DNA of 64,000 nt from Elusimicrobiota bacterium. GTDB lineage: Bacteria; Elusimicrobiota; Elusimicrobia; UBA1565. The stretch spans positions 19,906 through 83,905 of the forward strand of contig JBAZVI010000002.1 of assembly GCA_041660925.1 (NCBI GenBank), in the 5' to 3' direction. Below are positions 8,820 through 18,623 of this stretch, in pieces (positions within the stretch are counted from its first letter, which is position 1; every line of letters begins with the position of its first letter). Below the pieces are notes generated by a model. That model was not told where the DNA came from. It saw only the letters and a list, made by a program, of their open reading frames with translations, and did not search any database. Position numbers and translations under genes: made by a program.

Positions 8820-9932
8820 TCAGCGCGTCGGGCTCGCGCCCTGGCGGGAGATGTTGAGCAGGATCCCCACCGCACAGAGGCTCACGAGCAGGGAGGAGCC
8901 GCCGTAGGAGAAGAAGGGCAGGGGGATGCCCTTGGTGGGGATGAGGCCGATGGACATCGCGACGTTGAAGAAGGCCTGCAGGACCAGCAGGAGCGTGAGG
9001 CCGGAGGCGAGGAGGCTGCCGAAGAGGTCGGGGGCGTGCCGCGCGGCCCGGAGCCCGCGCATGAGCAGGGAGGCGAAGAGGGCGAGGACCGCGAGGGCGC
9101 CGACGAAGCCGAGCTCTTCACAGACGATGGGGAAGATGAAGTCGGTGTGCGGGGCGGGGAGGTACATGAGCTTGAGCTGGGAGGCGCCGAGGCCCTTCCC
9201 GAACCAGCCCCCCGAGCCGACCGCGATGAGCGACTGCGCGAGCTGGTAGCCCGCGCCCTGGGCCTGCTCGAAGGGGTCGAGGAAGGTGAGCAGGCGCTTG
9301 CGGCGGTAGGGCTTGCGCAGGAGCTCGACGATGACGATCGGGACGGCCGCCAGGATGGCGCCGAGCACGTAGGAGACGCGGGCGCCGCCGATGAACAGGG
9401 TGAGGATGACCGTCGCGAAGATGAGCGCCGGCGTGCCGAGGTCGGGCTCCAGGCCCATGAGGACCAGCGGGACGGCGACCACCCCGAGCGGGACGAGGAG
9501 GCCGATCAGCGGGGAGCCGATGCGGCTCTTCTTGCGGTCGACGAAATCCGCGATGAAGAGGATGACCGAGAGCTTCGCGAACTCGGCCGGCTGGAGCCCG
9601 AAGGGCCCGAGGCGGATCCAGCGGCGCACCCCCGCCACCGGGGGCATGAAGAGCACCGCCGCCAGCAGGAGGACGCTCACGAAGAAGGCCGGCCAGACCC
9701 AGCCGCGCAGGCGGTGGTAGTCGGTGCGGGCGAAGAAGGCCATGAGCATGAGGCCGACGGCGGCGAAGAGGCCCTGGCGCTTGAGGAAGAAGAGGGAGTC
9801 GTGCATCTGCTGGTCGGCGAGGATCGCGCTCGCGGACCACATCATCATGAGACCGAAGCCGAGCAGGAGGAGGGCGGCCAGGAGCAGGCCGTAGTCGGAC
9901 TGCGCGTCGCGGCGGCGCGCGCGGGGGATCAT
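8820..9932 (-). CDS. ftsW: SEDS-family peptidoglycan glycosyltransferase FtsW
   Basis: 370 aa polytopic membrane protein with FtsW/RodA-like motifs (IGSGGWFGKGLG, FIFPIVCEELG, PLPFFSYGGSS); placed between murD and murG. Confidence 0.9.
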   Translation of the reverse strand: MIPRARRRDAQSDYGLLLAALLLLGFGLMMMWSASAILADQQMHDSLFFLKRQGLFAAVGLMLMAFFARTDYHRLRGWVWPAFFVSVLLLAAVLFMPPVAGVRRWIRLGPFGLQPAEFAKLSVILFIADFVDRKKSRIGSPLIGLLVPLGVVAVPLVLMGLEPDLGTPALIFATVILTLFIGGARVSYVLGAILAAVPIVIVELLRKPYRRKRLLTFLDPFEQAQGAGYQLAQSLIAVGSGGWFGKGLGASQLKLMYLPAPHTDFIFPIVCEELGFVGALAVLALFASLLMRGLRAARHAPDLFGSLLASGLTLLLVLQAFFNVAMSIGLIPTKGIPLPFFSYGGSSLLVSLCAVGILLNISRQGASPTR

Positions 9933-11413
9933 CGCGGCTTCGTCGTCTCGACCAGCTCCTTGAAGGCGCGGCCGCGGTGCTCGAAGTCCCTGAACTGGTC
10001 CATCGAGGCGCAGGCGGGAGAGAGCAGGAGCGTCTCGCCCTTCTGCCCGATGCGGAAGGCCACCTCGACGGCCTGCGCGAGGGTCTCGCAGGGGAAGACG
10101 GGCGCGGCGCCGGCGAGGTCCTCTTCGATCTTGGCGGCCGCGCTGCCGATGGTGAGCACCGCCTTCGCGCAGCGGGAGACGAGCGGGCGCAGCGCGGCGA
10201 AGCCGCCGGGCTTGGCCAGCCCGCCGAGGATGAGGAGGATCTTCCCGGCGCGCTCGTCGAGGCTCTTGAGCGCGACGAGGGTGGAGTCGACGTTCGTGGC
10301 CTTGGAGTCGTTGATGCAGTCGAGTCCGTGGTGGCTCCCGCAGTCCTCGATGCGGTGCTCGACGCCGCGGAAGGCGCGGAAGGCCTTCGCGATGGCGGCG
10401 TCGGGGACCTTCTGCGAGAGGGCGAGGAGGGCGGCCGCCATCGCGTTCTCGAGGTTGTGGTCGCCGGGGAGCCGCGGGGGCGCGAGCTTCCGGGGCTTCT
10501 TCTCGCCCGGCAGGCGCGCGAAGATCTTCCCCCCCTCGACCCAGGCCGAGCCCGCCGTCGAGGGCGAGAGCGCGAAGAGGAGGCGGCGGGCCCGGCAGGT
10601 CCGGGCGAGCCCGAAGCAGAGAGGGTCGGCCGAATTGAAGACGCAGACGCCTCCGCGGTCCATGTCGCGGAAGACCCGGGCCTTCGCCGCGACGTACGCG
10701 GCCATGCTGCCGTGGTGGTCGACGTGGTCGGAGGTGATGTTGAGGATCGCCGCCGAGGACGGACGGAACCGGCGGCTGTCCTCGAGCTGGTAGCTCGAGA
10801 CCTCGAGGACGAGGACGTCTCCCTTCCGGACGCGGGCGGCTTCGGCGGAGAGCGGGGTCCCGACGTTCCCGACGAGATGGACGCGGCGGCGCGCGGCTCG
10901 GAAGACGGCCTCGGTCAGGTGCGCCGTCGTGGTCTTCCCGTTGGTCCCCGTCACCGCCACGACGCGGACGTCGGGCGGGCAGAAGGCGAGGGCGACCTCG
11001 AGCTCGCTGAAGACCGGGATGCCCGCCTCTTTCAGCTTCGCGAGCACGCTCGCTCCCGGCAGGAGGCCGGGGCTCTTCACCGCGAAGCCGCAGGTGAGGA
11101 CCTTCTCCATGCGGCCGCCCGCCTCGAGGACGACGCCCTCGGGCAGCTTGTCGGCGAACGGGAGGTCGCGGCGCTGCTTGTCGTCCTGGACGAGGACGCG
11201 GAAGCCCTTGCGGCGCAGCAGGACGGCGGCGTGGAAGCCCGAGCGTCCCAGGCCGAGCACGAGGGCGCGCTTGCCCTTCCAGGCGGCGGGGAGGAACCGG
11301 TCCTGGGGCGGCGCCGGCCTGGGCCGGCGGACGGGCGCCTTTCTCGCCGCCTTGCGCGGAGGCGCCTTCTTCCCGCGCGCCGCAGACTTTTTCGCCGCCT
11401 TCCGCTTCTTCAA
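9929..11413 (-). CDS. murD: UDP-N-acetylmuramoylalanine--D-glutamate ligase
   Basis: 494 aa; Mur ligase P-loop VTGTNGKTTT; about 45 aa Lys/Ala/Pro/Arg-rich N-terminal extension before the Rossmann segment ALVLGLGRSG, so true start uncertain. Confidence 0.85.
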   Translation of the reverse strand: MKKRKAAKKSAARGKKAPPRKAARKAPVRRPRPAPPQDRFLPAAWKGKRALVLGLGRSGFHAAVLLRRKGFRVLVQDDKQRRDLPFADKLPEGVVLEAGGRMEKVLTCGFAVKSPGLLPGASVLAKLKEAGIPVFSELEVALAFCPPDVRVVAVTGTNGKTTTAHLTEAVFRAARRRVHLVGNVGTPLSAEAARVRKGDVLVLEVSSYQLEDSRRFRPSSAAILNITSDHVDHHGSMAAYVAAKARVFRDMDRGGVCVFNSADPLCFGLARTCRARRLLFALSPSTAGSAWVEGGKIFARLPGEKKPRKLAPPRLPGDHNLENAMAAALLALSQKVPDAAIAKAFRAFRGVEHRIEDCGSHHGLDCINDSKATNVDSTLVALKSLDERAGKILLILGGLAKPGGFAALRPLVSRCAKAVLTIGSAAAKIEEDLAGAAPVFPCETLAQAVEVAFRIGQKGETLLLSPACASMDQFRDFEHRGRAFKELVETTKPR

Positions 11414-11414
11414 C

Positions 11415-12500
11415 TCAGCGCACCTTCAGCGAGGCCAGGGCGGCCAGCATGAGCACGATGCAGGTGATCCAGAAGCGGACGGTGACCTTGGACTCCGCGA
11501 CCCCGCCGAGCTCGAAGTGGTGGTGGATGGGGGCCATGCGGAAGACGCGCTTGCCGCCCCGGAGCTTGTAGGAGCCCATCTGGAGGATGACGGAGAGGGT
11601 CTCGACGACGAAGACCCCGCCGACGACCGGGAGGATGAGCTCCTGCTTGACGCAGAGCGCGATGGTGCCGATGACGCCTCCGAGGAAGAGCGAGGAGGTG
11701 TCGCCCATGAAGACCTCGGCCGGGTAGGCGTTGAACCAGAGGAAGCCGAGGCAGGCGCCGATGAGGGCGGCGCAGAAGACGGCGATCTCTCCGGCGTTCT
11801 CGACGTGGATGATCCGCAGGTAGTCGGCGAACTTGGCGTTGCCGGCCGTGTAGGCGAACACGCCGTAGGCGATGGCGCAGAAGATGATCGAGCCGGCCGC
11901 CAGCCCGTCGAGTCCGTCGGTGAGGTTCACCGCGTTGGAGGAGCCGACGATGATCAGTACGCCGAGCACGAAGTAGAGCGAGCCCAGCGCGACGTAGAGT
12001 CCCTTGGTGTAGGGGACGAGCAGGGAGTCGACGTAGTCTCCGTTGGGCGGGCGCACCGCGAGCCAGGCGACGACGACGACCGCCGCGGCGATCTGGACGG
12101 CGAACTTGAGCCGCGAGGGCGCCCCGCGCGGGTCCTTGCGCACGAGCTTGAGGTAGTCGTCCCAGAAGCCGACCGCCCCCAGCGCGGCGGTGACGAAGAG
12201 GAGTATCCAGGTGAAGCGGACGTCGGGCCGCATCCAGAGCAGGGTCGAGAGGGTCAGCGCGAGGAGGATGAGCAGGCCTCCCATCGTCGGCGTGCCGTGC
12301 TTGGCGAGGTGGCTCTTGGGACCGTCGGTGCGCTGCTGCTGGCCGATCTTCTTCTCGCGCAGCAGGGCGATGAGGGAGGGCCCGAAGAGCAGGGAGATCC
12401 CGAGGGCGGTCAGCATGGCGCCGCCGCTGCGGAAGGTGATGTAGCGGAAGACGTTGAGCGGGCCCCAGGACTCACGCAGCAGATGGAGATAATAGAGCAT
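11415..12500 (-). CDS. mraY: phospho-N-acetylmuramoyl-pentapeptide transferase
   Basis: 361 aa polytopic membrane protein with MraY motifs (GTPTMGG, NAVNLTDGLDGLA, HHHFE). Confidence 0.9.
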   Translation of the reverse strand: MLYYLHLLRESWGPLNVFRYITFRSGGAMLTALGISLLFGPSLIALLREKKIGQQQRTDGPKSHLAKHGTPTMGGLLILLALTLSTLLWMRPDVRFTWILLFVTAALGAVGFWDDYLKLVRKDPRGAPSRLKFAVQIAAAVVVVAWLAVRPPNGDYVDSLLVPYTKGLYVALGSLYFVLGVLIIVGSSNAVNLTDGLDGLAAGSIIFCAIAYGVFAYTAGNAKFADYLRIIHVENAGEIAVFCAALIGACLGFLWFNAYPAEVFMGDTSSLFLGGVIGTIALCVKQELILPVVGGVFVVETLSVILQMGSYKLRGGKRVFRMAPIHHHFELGGVAESKVTVRFWITCIVLMLAALASLKVR

Positions 12501-13885
12501 CAGAGCGCCTCCGCGAGGGCCTCCAGGCGCATGGCGCGCGAGGCCTTGAAGTAGACGCTGACGGCGGGTGCGAGCAGGCCGCGCAGGGCGTCTCGCAGCC
12601 CGTCGGCGTCGGGAGCGTGGAGGATCTCGAAGCGGGCGCCCTTCTCCCGCAGCCCCTCGGCGGTCTCGGCGCTCAGGGGCCCGGCGAGGAGGACGGCGGA
12701 GAGCGGGAGGCCGGCGAGCCAGCGGCCCAGTTCGCGGTGGAAGCGCGGCGACTCCGGGCCCAGCTCGCGCATGTCGCCGAGCACGAGGACCCGCCGGCCG
12801 GGCGGGGCGGTCTCCAGGAAGGTCTCCACCCCGGCCCGCATCGAGTCCGGGTTGGCGTTGTAGGCGTCGACGAGCAGCCAGGCTCCGCTCGCATGCGCGC
12901 GCTGCGCGAAGCGCAGCGGCGCCGGGCGGAAATCCGCGAGGCCGGCGGCGATCTCCGCGGCGGAGAAGCCGAGCGCGTGGGCGGCGGCGGCCGCCGCCGC
13001 CGCGTCGAGGCGGTGGGGACGCCCGATCGGCCCCCCCGGACGGGCGCGGGCCTCTCCGTCGGGCAGGCGCAGGGCGATCTCCCCGGCCTCGGCCGGGAGC
13101 GCGCGCACGCGCGCCTCCGCGCCGAAGCCGAAGGTGACCGCGCGCGCGCCGAGGCCCGGCAGCAGGCGGCAGAGATAGGGGTCGTCGGCGTTGAGCACCG
13201 CGGGGGCGTCGGCCGGCAGCGCTTCGAAGAGCTCCGCCTTGGTCTTGAACACGCGCTCGAGACTGCCGAAGTACTCGAGGTGGGCCGCGCCGATGTTCGT
13301 GAGGACGCCGAGCGTCGGTCGGGCCGCCCGGCAGAGGTACGCGATGTCCCCCGGGCGGGAGGCCCCCATCTCGAAGACGGCGAAGGCGTGCTCGGCGCGC
13401 AGGCCCAGCACGGTCATGGGCAGGCCGACCTCGTTGTTGAAGTTGAGCTCGGTCGCGCAGACCTTCCCGCGGCGGGCGAGGACGGCGCGGAGCATCTCCT
13501 TGGTCGTGGTCTTGCCGTTGGTGCCGGTGAGCCCCACGACGGGGAGGGTGAAGCGGGAGCGGTGCTCCGCCGCGGCGTCGGAGAGGGCCTTCAGCGTGTC
13601 GGGGACCTCGAGCACGCAGGGCGGCTGGAGGGCGGGCAGCGGCGCGCCGGCGCGCACGATCCAGCCGCCGGCGGCGCGAGCGGCGTGCTCGTTGAGGAAG
13701 GCGTGGGCGTCGAAGCGCTCCCCCTTGAGCGCGAGGAAGGCCTCTCCGGGGCGCAGGAGCCGGCTGTCGGTGCAGAGGGAGCGCACGGGGGCGTCGGGGC
13801 GGCCGCGCAGGAGCCGTCCGCCGGCGGCGCGCGCGAAGTCTCCCCAGGTCAGCGTCAGTTCCATCCTCTCCTCTGCCGTCAGCAT
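12500..13885 (-). CDS. murF: UDP-N-acetylmuramoyl-tripeptide--D-alanyl-D-alanine ligase
   Basis: 461 aa; Mur ligase P-loop GLTGTNGKTTTKEM; position between murE and mraY. Confidence 0.9.
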   Translation of the reverse strand: MLTAEERMELTLTWGDFARAAGGRLLRGRPDAPVRSLCTDSRLLRPGEAFLALKGERFDAHAFLNEHAARAAGGWIVRAGAPLPALQPPCVLEVPDTLKALSDAAAEHRSRFTLPVVGLTGTNGKTTTKEMLRAVLARRGKVCATELNFNNEVGLPMTVLGLRAEHAFAVFEMGASRPGDIAYLCRAARPTLGVLTNIGAAHLEYFGSLERVFKTKAELFEALPADAPAVLNADDPYLCRLLPGLGARAVTFGFGAEARVRALPAEAGEIALRLPDGEARARPGGPIGRPHRLDAAAAAAAAHALGFSAAEIAAGLADFRPAPLRFAQRAHASGAWLLVDAYNANPDSMRAGVETFLETAPPGRRVLVLGDMRELGPESPRFHRELGRWLAGLPLSAVLLAGPLSAETAEGLREKGARFEILHAPDADGLRDALRGLLAPAVSVYFKASRAMRLEALAEAL

Positions 13886-15396
13886 CGGCCCAGGTCCTTC
13901 AGGGCCTCGCGGGCGACCTCGCGGTCGTCGAAGCGCACGGTGCGCTCGCGCAGGATCTGATGGTCCTCGTGCCCCTTCCCGGCGATGAGGACGAGGTCCT
14001 CGGGCTGGGCCAGGCGCACGGCCTCGCGGATCGCTTCCCGTCGGTCGGGGACGATTCTATAATTTTGCCGGCCGGCGCGCTTGAGCCCCTCCTCGACCGC
14101 GGCGAGGATCGCGAGCGGGTCCTCCCCGCGAGGGTTGTCGCTCGTCGCGAGGACGACGTCGCTGCCCGCGGCCGCGGCCTCTCCCATCGGCGCGCGCTTC
14201 CCGGGGTCGCGGTCTCCGCCGCAGCCGAAGACGGTCACGATGCGGCGGTGCGGCAGCGCGCGCACGGTCTCGAGCGCCGAGGCGAGGGCCTCGGCGGTAT
14301 GGGCGAAATCGACGAGCACGGCGAACTCCTGGCCCGCCTCGACGGGCTCCAGCCGGCCCGGGACGCATTCCAGGGCCGCGAGCCCTTCCAGGACGCCCTG
14401 TTCCGGGAGGCCCAGCGCCCACGCCGCCGCCGCCGCCGCCAGGGCGTTGGAGACGTTGTGGCGCCCGAGCAGGCGCAGGGTGACCGCCGCCTCCGCGCCC
14501 GTGCGCCGGAGGCGGAAGGTCGTGCCGCGGCGGCCGAGCACCACGCCCTCGGCGCGGAGGTCGGCGGCCTCGTGGAAGCCGTAGCTGACGAGGCGGGCTC
14601 CCTCGGCCGCGCGGGCGAAGCGCGCGAAGGCCGGGTCGTCGCGGTTGACCACGGCCGCGCGCTCGCGCTTCGAGGAGGAGGCCCGGTCGAGGAGCTCGAA
14701 GAGCCGGAGCTTGGCCTCGAGGTAGGCCTCGTGCGTCTTGTGGAAGTCGAGGTGGTCGCGCTGGAGGTTGGTGAGGACCGCGGCGTCGAACTCGACGTCC
14801 TCGACGCGCTTCGTCGAGAGCGCGTGAGAGGAGACCTCCATCGCGACGTGCGTGGCTCCGCCCTCGCGCATGCGCGCGAGCAGGCGCAGGAGGTCGAGGC
14901 TGTAGGGCGTGGTGTTCGCCGCCTTCTCGAGGACCCGGTGGCGCAGGCGGTGGGCGATGGTCCCCACGAGGCCGGGGACCTTCCCGCAGCGGCTGAACAC
15001 GGATTCGAGGAACCACGCCGTCGTCGTCTTCCCGTTGGTCCCGGTGATCCCGACGACGGAGAGCCCCGCGCTCGGGTCGCCGAAGAAGTTGTTCGCCCCG
15101 CGGCTCATGGCCTCGAACGCGTCGGGGACCTGCACCCAGGCGGCGCCCCCTCCTCCCGGACGCGCGAGCGTCATCGGCGGCGGGGGCGGCGCGAGCTCGC
15201 TGACCACGGCCGCCGCGCCGCGCTCGACGGCCTCGCGGGCATGCCGGTTCCCGTCGGTGCGGGCGCCGGGCAGCGCGAAGAAGACGGTGCCGGGCAGGAC
15301 GCGCCGGGAGTCGTGGGCGACGTCGGAGGCCTCGCGGTCTCCCGCGGCGCCGAGCGGCGGGTGCTGGACGCCGCGCAGGACCTCCGCGAGCCTCAT
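13879..15396 (-). CDS. murE: UDP-N-acetylmuramoyl-L-alanyl-D-glutamate--2,6-diaminopimelate ligase
   Basis: 505 aa; GITGTNGKTTT P-loop and MurE-like C-terminus; ATGA overlap with ftsI. Confidence 0.9.
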   Translation of the reverse strand: MRLAEVLRGVQHPPLGAAGDREASDVAHDSRRVLPGTVFFALPGARTDGNRHAREAVERGAAAVVSELAPPPPPMTLARPGGGGAAWVQVPDAFEAMSRGANNFFGDPSAGLSVVGITGTNGKTTTAWFLESVFSRCGKVPGLVGTIAHRLRHRVLEKAANTTPYSLDLLRLLARMREGGATHVAMEVSSHALSTKRVEDVEFDAAVLTNLQRDHLDFHKTHEAYLEAKLRLFELLDRASSSKRERAAVVNRDDPAFARFARAAEGARLVSYGFHEAADLRAEGVVLGRRGTTFRLRRTGAEAAVTLRLLGRHNVSNALAAAAAAWALGLPEQGVLEGLAALECVPGRLEPVEAGQEFAVLVDFAHTAEALASALETVRALPHRRIVTVFGCGGDRDPGKRAPMGEAAAAGSDVVLATSDNPRGEDPLAILAAVEEGLKRAGRQNYRIVPDRREAIREAVRLAQPEDLVLIAGKGHEDHQILRERTVRFDDREVAREALKDLGRC

Positions 15397-17168
15397 GCGC
15401 CGCTCGGGCGGCCGAGGGCGGGCGAGGCGGCCTTCCCGCCGGGGGCCTGGACGCGGCCGGGCGCCAGGGGGCGCGCGGGGAGCGCGGGGCGCTGGGGCGC
15501 GGTGCGCCAGGCGTTGGGTCCGCTCGGGATGCGCAGCGGCAGCGACACGTCGGGCGGGATCCCGCGATGGGCGAGGACCTCGCGCGCGACGCGCGAGAAG
15601 ACGGGGCCCGCGACCTCGGAGCCGTAGTAGCCGACGCGCGGGCTGTCGATGACGACGAGGACGGTGAGCTTCGGGTCCCGGGCCGGCAGGTAGCCGATGA
15701 AGGACGAGACGTAGTCGTTGGGGGAGTAGCGGCCGGTCGCGGGGTCGATCTTCTGGGCGGTCCCGGTCTTGCCCGCGGTCCGGAAGCCGGGGACCTGCGC
15801 CGACTGTCCGGTCCCGCGCAGGACGACGCCCTCGAGCATGTCGCGCACGGCCGCGACCGCCTCCGGCGACGCCACCTGACGCAGGCGCACGGGCCCGGGA
15901 GCCTCGCGCTCTCCCAGCGCGAGCAGGAGGCGGGGCGCGAGGAGCTCCCCGTCGTTGGCGATGGCGGAATAGGCGCCGGCGAGCTGGAGCGGCGTCACCG
16001 CGACGCCCTGGCCGAAGCCGGCGTTGGCCAGACGCACCGGGGTGAACTCCTTGGGCTCGGGCAGAAGCCCCGCGCTCTCGCCGGGCAGCGGCAGGCCGGT
16101 CTTGTAGCCGAATCCGAAGAGGCGGCAGAAGCGGTGGAAGCTCCCGGCGCCGACGCGCAGGGTGACCTTGGCCGTCCCGATGTTCGACGAGCGCTCCAGG
16201 ACCTGGGAGAGGGTGATGCGGGTCTCGGGTTCGTGGTCCTTGATGGTGACGCCTTTGGCGACCTCCCAGCGGCCTCCCTCGCAGTCGACGATGTCGTCGG
16301 GGCGGAAGAGACCCTTGTCGAGCGCGGCGGCGAGCGCGACGAGCTTGAAGGTCGAGCCGGGCTCGTAGACGTCCTGCACCGCGTGGTTCTTGAGCGCGTC
16401 CGGGGGCCAGGAGGCGAGGGCGAGCAGGTCGCCTGTGCGCGGATCCTGCACCACGACGGTGCCGCGCTTGGCGCGGCGCGCGACGACCGCTTCGCGGACG
16501 GCCGACTCCGCGAAGTGCTGGACGCTGCGGTCGATGCTCAGGCGCAGGTCCGGCGCTCGCGCGGTGTCGGGCGGTCCCTCCTGGACGATCGCGTTGCCCG
16601 CGCGGTCCTTCGTCGTCCGGACGCGGTAGGAGCGCCCGCTGAGCTCGCGGTCGTAGGCGAGCTCGAGGCCGGAGAGTCCCTTCTCGTCGAGGTCCACGGA
16701 GCCGATGACCGCGCGGAGCATCTCCCCGTTGGGATAGACGCGCTGCTCGTCGGCGACGAAGCCGACCCAGGGCAGGCGGAAGGCGCGCAGCCGGGCGGCC
16801 TCCTCCGGCAGCATCTTGCGCTTGAGCCAGAGGAAGCGCCGGCCGGGACGCAGCTTCCCGAGCAGGGGGCCGGCGTCGACGCCGGCCGCCTTGGCCGCCG
16901 CGCGCAGGGCGCGCGCGGGCTCCTCGACGCCGGTGAAGTCGCAGAAGCTGGAGGAGACGGGGACGGACTCCGCGAGGACGCGGCCTTCCCGGTCGAGGAT
17001 GCGGCCGCGGGGGACGAGGATCAGCTCGCTGCCGAGCGTCTCGTCGGCGGCTTTCAGCTCGAGCTGCTGATGGCGGACGACCTGCAGCCAGGCCAGGCGC
17101 AGGGCGAGCGGAAGGAGTGCGAGGATGCAGAGGGTTCGGACGACGGCCAGGCGGCTGCGAGTTTCCAA
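15393..17168 (-). CDS. ftsI: peptidoglycan D,D-transpeptidase FtsI (class B PBP)
   Basis: 591 aa; N-terminal membrane anchor, transpeptidase motifs STFK and KTGTA. Confidence 0.9.
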   Translation of the reverse strand: METRSRLAVVRTLCILALLPLALRLAWLQVVRHQQLELKAADETLGSELILVPRGRILDREGRVLAESVPVSSSFCDFTGVEEPARALRAAAKAAGVDAGPLLGKLRPGRRFLWLKRKMLPEEAARLRAFRLPWVGFVADEQRVYPNGEMLRAVIGSVDLDEKGLSGLELAYDRELSGRSYRVRTTKDRAGNAIVQEGPPDTARAPDLRLSIDRSVQHFAESAVREAVVARRAKRGTVVVQDPRTGDLLALASWPPDALKNHAVQDVYEPGSTFKLVALAAALDKGLFRPDDIVDCEGGRWEVAKGVTIKDHEPETRITLSQVLERSSNIGTAKVTLRVGAGSFHRFCRLFGFGYKTGLPLPGESAGLLPEPKEFTPVRLANAGFGQGVAVTPLQLAGAYSAIANDGELLAPRLLLALGEREAPGPVRLRQVASPEAVAAVRDMLEGVVLRGTGQSAQVPGFRTAGKTGTAQKIDPATGRYSPNDYVSSFIGYLPARDPKLTVLVVIDSPRVGYYGSEVAGPVFSRVAREVLAHRGIPPDVSLPLRIPSGPNAWRTAPQRPALPARPLAPGRVQAPGGKAASPALGRPSGA

Positions 17169-17175
17169 CCGCGCC

Positions 17176-17487
17176 TCAATGGATCAGGAAGCTGAGAAGA
17201 CCCTGCCCTTCTCCCCCCCGGGCGAGCGCGCGTCCGAGGAAAATCTGACTCTCCGGCGTCGGCGGCGTCATGCGCAGGCGGGTCTCCGCCTCGCGGGCGA
17301 TCCGCTCCGGGGCCCGCAGGCGCGCGAGCTGCATGCGCAGATGGACGACCGTCTGCGACTGCAGGCGCAGCTCCTTGCGGGCCCGGCCCACCTCATAGCC
17401 CACCCGCACGGCCTGTACCTGCTCCCAGAGGAACAGGAAGGCCAGTGCGGTGAGGGCTGCGAGGACGACGACGCGGATGCGGTTCAT
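17176..17487 (-). CDS. ftsL: cell division protein FtsL-like (small bitopic protein)
   Basis: 103 aa; single N-terminal TM helix then coiled-coil-like region; canonical position immediately upstream of ftsI. Confidence 0.6.
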   Translation of the reverse strand: MNRIRVVVLAALTALAFLFLWEQVQAVRVGYEVGRARKELRLQSQTVVHLRMQLARLRAPERIAREAETRLRMTPPTPESQIFLGRALARGGEGQGLLSFLIH

Positions 17488-17535
17488 TCAAAATGCGGCG
17501 GGCACCCCGCCGAGTAGGTGCCCACCAGATCGGTT

Positions 17536-17706
17536 TCAGTGCCTCTGGGGCCGTCCCTTGAGGAAGACGCGCTGCCAGATATAGCCGGCGCCGGAGGCCG
17601 GGCCGACGGGCATCAGCCGGATGATCTGTTCGCGGGCCGGGAGCATGCGCGCCGCGCCCTCGCCCCCCTCGCTTCCGCCGGTCCCGCCGAAGAAGAACTC
17701 TTTCAT
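17536..17706 (-). CDS. hypothetical small Gly-rich protein (56 aa)
   Basis: Tail of ORF 17536..18177; ATG at 17704-17706 preceded by GGGGGGAG Shine-Dalgarno-like run at optimal spacing; lies between rsmH and ftsL. Confidence 0.3.
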   Translation of the reverse strand: MKEFFFGGTGGSEGGEGAARMLPAREQIIRLMPVGPASGAGYIWQRVFLKGRPQRH

Positions 17707-17720
17707 GATCTCCCCCCTGT

Positions 17721-18623
17721 TCAGAGTTTCTCGACGACGCGGAGCTTCGCGCTCCGCGCCCGCGGATTTCGAGCGATCTCTTCCGGCTGGGGTGAGACCG
17801 CGCCTTCCGTCACCCATCGGCAGCTGCCCGAGGCCACGTACGACTTGAAAACGTTCTTCGCGATGCGGTCTTCCAGGGAGTGGAAGGAGATCGCGGCGAC
17901 CCGTCCGCCGGAGCGCAGCATCCCCAGGACGTCCTCGAGGCCGCGGGTCAGGTTCTCGAGCTCGCCGTTGACCGCGATGCGCAGCGCCTGGAAGGTCCGG
18001 GTCGCCGGGTGGATGCGTCCGGTGCGGGGCAGGCGGGACTCGAGAAGGACGGCGAGGTCGCCGGTCGTCTCGAAGGGCTTCGCCGCGCGCGCGTCGACGA
18101 CCCAGCGCGCGATGCGCGCGGCTTCCCGCTCCTCCCCGTATTCCCTCAGAAGCAGCTCGATCTGCTCGGCCGGCCACTCGTTGACGATGCGGGCGGCGGT
18201 GAGCGGATTCGACGGATCGAGCCTCATGTCGAGCGGTCCTTCCCGCTGGATCGCGAAGCCGCGCTCCGCCTTGTCGAACTGGAGGGAGGAAACCCCGAGA
18301 TCGAACAAGGCACCGGCCAGCGGGAAGAACCCCTCGTTCTGGAGGATGCGGACGAGGTCGCGGAAATTGCCCTGGACGAGGCGGCAGCGCCCCGCGTAGG
18401 AGCGCAGGCGCTCCTCGGCGAGCGCGAGGGCCTCGGGGTCGAGGTCGATGCCGAGCAGGCGGCCCTGCGGAAGAAGGCCGCGCAGCACCGCCTCCGCGTG
18501 GCCCCCGAGCCCGAGGGTCGCGTCGAGGTAGAGGCCTTCGCGGTCGGTGACGAGCGCGGAGACCGTCTCTTCGAGGAGGACCGGTGCGTGAGTGTATTCT
18601 TCGTTCATGGTCGCGGTGCTCAT
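17721..18623 (-). CDS. rsmH: 16S rRNA (cytosine1402-N4)-methyltransferase RsmH/MraW
   Basis: Trimmed from ORF 17721..18944 to ATG at 18621-18623 (MSTATMNEEYTHAPVLLEE...); RsmH-like core with HxPVLL start and SAM-binding region; alternative ATG at 18606-18608. Confidence 0.85.
   Translation of the reverse strand: MSTATMNEEYTHAPVLLEETVSALVTDREGLYLDATLGLGGHAEAVLRGLLPQGRLLGIDLDPEALALAEERLRSYAGRCRLVQGNFRDLVRILQNEGFFPLAGALFDLGVSSLQFDKAERGFAIQREGPLDMRLDPSNPLTAARIVNEWPAEQIELLLREYGEEREAARIARWVVDARAAKPFETTGDLAVLLESRLPRTGRIHPATRTFQALRIAVNGELENLTRGLEDVLGMLRSGGRVAAISFHSLEDRIAKNVFKSYVASGSCRWVTEGAVSPQPEEIARNPRARSAKLRVVEKL

Noticed and set aside
17518-18399. Plus-strand ORF (293 aa) overlapping rsmH
   Set aside because: Antisense to rsmH with Ser/Arg/Pro-rich composition; no motif support.
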